DNA from: Ignicoccus pacificus DSM 13166
Lineage (GTDB): Archaea; Thermoproteota; Thermoprotei_A; Sulfolobales; Ignicoccaceae
Direction: 5' to 3'
Assembly: GCA_025340205.1 (NCBI GenBank)
Contig: CP006868.1
Location: 240,001 to 272,000 of the forward strand
DNA: 32,000 nt
Below the pieces are notes generated by a model that searched no databases, had not been told where the DNA came from, and saw only the letters and a list, made by a program, of their open reading frames with translations. The first letter of the stretch is position 1. Every line of letters begins with the position of its first letter. Positions 28,326-32,000 of this stretch are shown here, in pieces. A program made the translations under genes and the position numbers.

Positions 28326-29093
28326 ATGGATGCGTTCATAGCTATGGCTTACAGACAGCTCAAGAGGTTCCTGAGGGCGAAGCCGAGGTTAGTGTTCACG
28401 TTGATAACTCCGATAATGTGGATAGTGTTCTACGGAATTGGTTGGGCCTCCAGCATGAACTTTCCCGGAATAGAGCTCATACTGGGAACCGACTACCTCT
28501 CCTTCCTCATTCCCGGAGTCGTGGGAATGGCTGTGTTCATGGCAGGCTACATGTCGGGAGTGTCGGTGATCTGGGACAAGCACTTCGGCTTCCTGAAGGA
28601 AGTGCTAGTGGCCCCAACTCCTAGGTGGCAGAGCATTACGGGAAGGATCTTCGGTGACTCGATAGTAGCGATGATACAAGGAGTTGCTCTAGCTTTGCTA
28701 GGCTTCCTCATAGCTCACAACATGAACCCTTGGGGACTTCCGATAGTGTTCCTAGCCTCCTTCTTGACGGCCTTCGGATTCGCTTCTATAGGAACTGCCA
28801 TCGCTGCTTCAGGAAAGTTCAAGACGATAGAGGGCTTCCAAGCGTTCGTGAACCTAGTCACCTTCCCGGTTATATTCTCATCCGGAGCCTTCTTCCCACT
28901 GAACAACGTGCCGGACTGGTTCAAGTCAATAGCTTACGTCAATCCGCTGACCTACTCCGTCGACGCGATGAGGCTAGCATTAGCCGGAGTCGGGAGCTTC
29001 CCCATGTGGGAGGATTTACTTGCGCTCGTGATCTTCGCCCTCACCTCCGGAGCCATAGCGGCCTACTTCTTCGAGAGGAGCACCCTCGACTGA
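28326..29093 (+). CDS. ABC-2 type transporter permease
   Basis: 255 aa; ITPIMWIVFYGIGW, FLIPGVVGMAVFMAGYMSGVSVIWDKHFGFLKEVLVAPTPRW, PVIFSSGAFFPLNNVPDWFKSIAYVNPLTYSVDAMR. Confidence 0.93.
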   Translation: MDAFIAMAYRQLKRFLRAKPRLVFTLITPIMWIVFYGIGWASSMNFPGIELILGTDYLSFLIPGVVGMAVFMAGYMSGVSVIWDKHFGFLKEVLVAPTPRWQSITGRIFGDSIVAMIQGVALALLGFLIAHNMNPWGLPIVFLASFLTAFGFASIGTAIAASGKFKTIEGFQAFVNLVTFPVIFSSGAFFPLNNVPDWFKSIAYVNPLTYSVDAMRLALAGVGSFPMWEDLLALVIFALTSGAIAAYFFERSTLD

Positions 29094-29199
29094 TTTTTCT
29101 GTAATTTAGATCCTGGGTAATACCTAGATATCTCAAATCACTCCTACCTGCAGGGAGCACAATATAAACCCTGGAGAGTTAACTCTACCGGGAATCGCG

Positions 29200-29451
29200 A
29201 TGATAGCAAAGGGAGAGGTGTTGCGAAGGGGTCCAAGGGGAGTGCTGGTGAGACATAACGGAAAGCTCTACGAGATGGGGTACGGGGCCTACTTGCTTTG
29301 GAAGGCCTTCGAGGAGGACTCCACCCCGGAGGAGGTAATAGCGCAAGCGATAGCGATAACGGGAATGAGGAGGGAGGAGGCTGAGAGCATAGTTTACAGC
29401 TTCGTGGAGACGTTTAGGCAAATAGGTCTCATAGGCGACCCAGAGCCTTGA
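29200..29451 (+). CDS. Small PqqD-like protein
   Basis: 83 aa; MGYGAYLLWKAFEEDSTPEEVIAQAIAITGMRREEAESIVYSFVETFRQIGLI fits the PqqD-like winged-helix pattern. Confidence 0.4.
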   Translation: MIAKGEVLRRGPRGVLVRHNGKLYEMGYGAYLLWKAFEEDSTPEEVIAQAIAITGMRREEAESIVYSFVETFRQIGLIGDPEP

Positions 29452-30079
29452 GAACCTCCTCTACGGCCTTTTCCGGATCCTCGCTCTTGGTGATGTATCC
29501 TCCTACCACAACTATGTCCGCCTTCCCTATGAAGTCCTTAACGGTTTCCGGCCTGAGACCTCCGGCTACAGCTACCACTAGCCCCATCTCCCTTATCTTA
29601 GCAGCTAGATCCGCTAGCTGAGCAGCAGTAATTCCATACTTCACTTGCTGGGAAATTCCTACGTGGAGCTCCACTGCCTTTACTCCCAGCTCCTTGAGCT
29701 CCTTTGCCCTCTGAAGGGGATCCTTAACGTGCATTAAATCAGCTACCACCACCTTTCCTTCCTTCTCCGCTACCTCCACAGCTTCTTGAATGACTGAGTC
29801 ATCGGAGAAGGCCATTACAGTCATGGCTTGAGCTCCGGCGTTAAAGGCCATGGTAGCCTCTAGGGCTCCGGTGTCACAAGTCTTGGTATCAGCTAGGGTA
29901 GGCCTTCCTAAAGCGCTTATGACCTTCACCGCCTCCATTCCGGCGCTCTTGATGAGAGGGGTTCCCACCTCAAGTATGTCAGCTTTCATCGCTTTTACAG
30001 CCACTTTCACGGCATCCCTGAGGTCCACGAAGTCCAAGGCCACTTGGAGTAGAGGTCTCTCCCTTCTCTCCCATACCAT
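29429..30079 (-). CDS. hps: 3-hexulose-6-phosphate synthase (OMPDC superfamily)
   Basis: LQVALDFVDLRDAVKVA, DILEVGTPLIKSAGMEAV, LADTKTCDTGALEATMAFNAGA, VELHVGISQQ and VAVAGGLRPETV. Confidence 0.82.
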   Translation of the reverse strand: MVWERRERPLLQVALDFVDLRDAVKVAVKAMKADILEVGTPLIKSAGMEAVKVISALGRPTLADTKTCDTGALEATMAFNAGAQAMTVMAFSDDSVIQEAVEVAEKEGKVVVADLMHVKDPLQRAKELKELGVKAVELHVGISQQVKYGITAAQLADLAAKIREMGLVVAVAGGLRPETVKDFIGKADIVVVGGYITKSEDPEKAVEEVLKALGRL

Positions 30080-30216
30080 TCCTTTTCCACCGAGTTAAGT
30101 GAGGGAAGGGCGTTAATGAGGGGAAATCTCTAAGGCTTGAATGTGAGTCCAGCTCGATGCACCTTGCACCCTTATATTAAAACCTTCCACGGCCTTTTCA
30201 TTTCGGTGAAGAAGAG

Positions 30217-30795
30217 ATGCCCAAGGACTTCCTGAGGCAGATAGTGAACCCAACCCTCTTGGAGTTCGAGATACCGGCGCAAGTACTGATAGAGATAAGG
30301 AAGAAGATTGAGGCAGCTGAAAACAAGTACAACTTCAGCGCCTTCGGAGGAGACGTCAAGAACTTGGTCAAGTTCCTCCAGTCTCCAGAGTGGAAGGAGT
30401 TGGTAGCACTCTTCGAGGCTGCCAACGCTAAGGTCGCCCTCATAAAGATACTCGAGAATGCCAAGGAAGCTTACAAGGACTATCCAGAGGTGGTCAAGGC
30501 GATAGAAGAGGCCTTGAAGGCCCTCGAGAAAGGGGAGGAGGTAAAGGCGATAACCAAGCTGGAGGAGCTGAAGAAGAACGTAGAGAAGGCCCTAGAGGGT
30601 AAGTATCCCACTAGGATATCTGAGAACAAGGTAGTTGTTGAGAGCGACAAGCTAGAGGCCTACATAGAGGAGGACTCCGGAGAGTACAAGATGAAGGTAG
30701 AGGTGAGGGGAACCAAGGTAACCGCCACTTGGGAGGAAGCGAAGAAGATACTCCAAAAGGCAAAGGAATTAGCTGATGCCCTCAATCCTCCGTAA
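30217..30795 (+). CDS. Hypothetical helical protein
   Basis: 192 aa, charged helix-rich; first of a two-gene same-strand pair with 30807..31259. Confidence 0.5.
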   Translation: MPKDFLRQIVNPTLLEFEIPAQVLIEIRKKIEAAENKYNFSAFGGDVKNLVKFLQSPEWKELVALFEAANAKVALIKILENAKEAYKDYPEVVKAIEEALKALEKGEEVKAITKLEELKKNVEKALEGKYPTRISENKVVVESDKLEAYIEEDSGEYKMKVEVRGTKVTATWEEAKKILQKAKELADALNPP

Positions 30796-30806
30796 GGTGA
30801 TAGAGC

Positions 30807-31259
30807 TTGAAGGACGTTGAAGCCAAGTTCGATCGTCTTTTTGAATGTCTCGTTATGTGCTTGGAGATACTGCTGATACTCCTAACAGCAGGCTTCACCG
30901 TCCTCTCCCTCTTCTGGTTCGGAACGACGCTATACCATGACTTCATGACTATACAAGAGCTGAACAAGGACGTAATAGTAAAGCTACTGGACATAACCTT
31001 ACTGACCCTAATAATCATCGACGTGCTCCAGATAGTTGTGGCAAGGTACACCAGCAGCTACGAGTACCTAAGGGTGGCGGTCGAGGTAGGTATACTATCC
31101 ATGCTGAGGGAACTGATATCAATCGAGATCAAGAAACCTGACCCATGGAAAGTGATCGCCTTCGCACTTACCATACTGATACTCTTCATCGTATGGGTAG
31201 GGCTCAGCAGGTCTAAAGTTATGGAGGCAATAGAGAAGCGCTTGGGGAAAGAATCTTAG
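30807..31259 (+). CDS. Hypothetical membrane protein
   Basis: 150 aa with three hydrophobic segments (CLEILLILLTAGFTVLSLFWF, LLDITLLTLIIIDVLQIVV, VIAFALTILILFIVWVGLS). Confidence 0.5.
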   Translation: MKDVEAKFDRLFECLVMCLEILLILLTAGFTVLSLFWFGTTLYHDFMTIQELNKDVIVKLLDITLLTLIIIDVLQIVVARYTSSYEYLRVAVEVGILSMLRELISIEIKKPDPWKVIAFALTILILFIVWVGLSRSKVMEAIEKRLGKES

Positions 31260-31847
31260 ATCCTCAATCCAGTAATCCACGTACTTTTTGAGTTGCTCGT
31301 CCCTGACTCCAATTCCACACCCAGAGGCGAGGAGGGCCGGGAGATCTATTAGGGAGTCGCCTACGAATATGCTTTCCTTAACGTCTACGTCCAACCTCCT
31401 CAGAAGCCTTATCAATCCCTTCAGCTTGTTCTTGGGTTCAACTGCCGGCTCGCAGTCCTCGCATATGGGATTAGCTATCCAGAGATGAATTCCCAGGGCC
31501 TCCGCCACCCTCTTGGTGGAGGGAGCCAGGCCAGCGCTTACTAACCCTACCCCGAGTCCCCTCCTCTTCGAAAGGGAGACCGCTTCCCTAGCTCCGGGAG
31601 ACAGATATTTCTCTATATCCTCAAACACCTTCTCTATGTCTTCCAAGGTGGGCTCCCTTCCTAGTGCCTTGGTCCACCTCTCCTTGTCCCTTCTGCACCA
31701 CTCTCCATAGCTTATCTCCCCCTTGAAGTAGGCCTTCATGTCCTCTACCGATCCCTTGCTCCCGAATGCCCTATGCACCATCTCCCAGCTGCTCTTGAAA
31801 GTTACCAATACTCCGTCGACGTCGAATGCTATGAACCTAGGCCTCAT
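31119..31847 (-). CDS. HAD-superfamily phosphatase (phosphoserine phosphatase-like)
   Basis: FIAFDVDGVLVTFKSSWEMVH, GLGVGLVSAGLAPSTKRVAEALG, and ESIFVGDSLIDLPALLASGCGIGV. Confidence 0.8.
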   Translation of the reverse strand: MRPRFIAFDVDGVLVTFKSSWEMVHRAFGSKGSVEDMKAYFKGEISYGEWCRRDKERWTKALGREPTLEDIEKVFEDIEKYLSPGAREAVSLSKRRGLGVGLVSAGLAPSTKRVAEALGIHLWIANPICEDCEPAVEPKNKLKGLIRLLRRLDVDVKESIFVGDSLIDLPALLASGCGIGVRDEQLKKYVDYWIEDLRFFPQALLYCLHNFRPAEPYPYDEEYQYGKCEGDHFPWVRFLDLD

Positions 31848-32000
31848 CTCCTTATCTCCCTTGCTAAGTTCTCCAAGAACTTCCTCCCCGCGGAGGAGCT
31901 CTTCTCTGGGTGGAACTGAGTACCAATAATCTTCCCTTTCTGAACCAACGATGTGAACTTCACTCCCTCGTACTCCGTAATTCCTAACTCCTCCTCCCTT
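31844..32000 (-). CDS. hisH: Imidazole glycerol phosphate synthase subunit HisH, C-terminal part (continues beyond window)
   Basis: Manual minus-strand translation ends ...KGEEELGITEYEGVKFTSLVQKGKIIGTQFHPEKSSSAGRKFLENLAREIRR*, carrying the glutaminase QFHPEKS motif. Confidence 0.8.
   Translation of the reverse strand, partial: REEELGITEYEGVKFTSLVQKGKIIGTQFHPEKSSSAGRKFLENLAREIRR

Noticed and set aside
28316-29104. Alternative-frame and antisense ORFs over the ABC-2 permease
   Set aside because: Lie over a clearly supported permease; their translations lack transporter or other recognisable features.

Overview
This 32 kb window is archaeal and looks crenarchaeal, possibly Desulfurococcales or Ignicoccus-like (family-level inference only). 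Most of it is compact housekeeping sequence. In order it carries: the V-type ATPase subunit I C-terminus, an XPB-like helicase, LSm, eL37, proteasome beta, LeuB-like and LeuA-like enzymes, Hel308, an MBL-fold exonuclease, an MgtE-like transporter, PII/Amt, a nucleoside-phosphorylase-like protein, an AdoMetDC-family protein, PCNA, an Sfm1-like SPOUT protein, a KaiC-like ATPase, RIO1 kinase, aIF1A, an ABC-2 exporter, HPS, a HAD phosphatase and the HisH C-terminus. Accessory content includes three notable items. (1) A secreted protein of about 1048 aa has 27 uninterrupted 23-residue DxDxDG-type (TSP3-like) repeats. (2) Two paralogous beta-propeller-like proteins lie beside gene-poor sequence. (3) Two related minus-strand elements in the 23.9-26.7 kb gene-poor region have C, C' and D boxes at identical spacing inside long GC-rich closing stems, so they look like a duplicated C/D-box sRNA family. 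No CRISPR array, tRNA, rRNA or transposase was recognised. No complete new defence or mobile system could be demonstrated.
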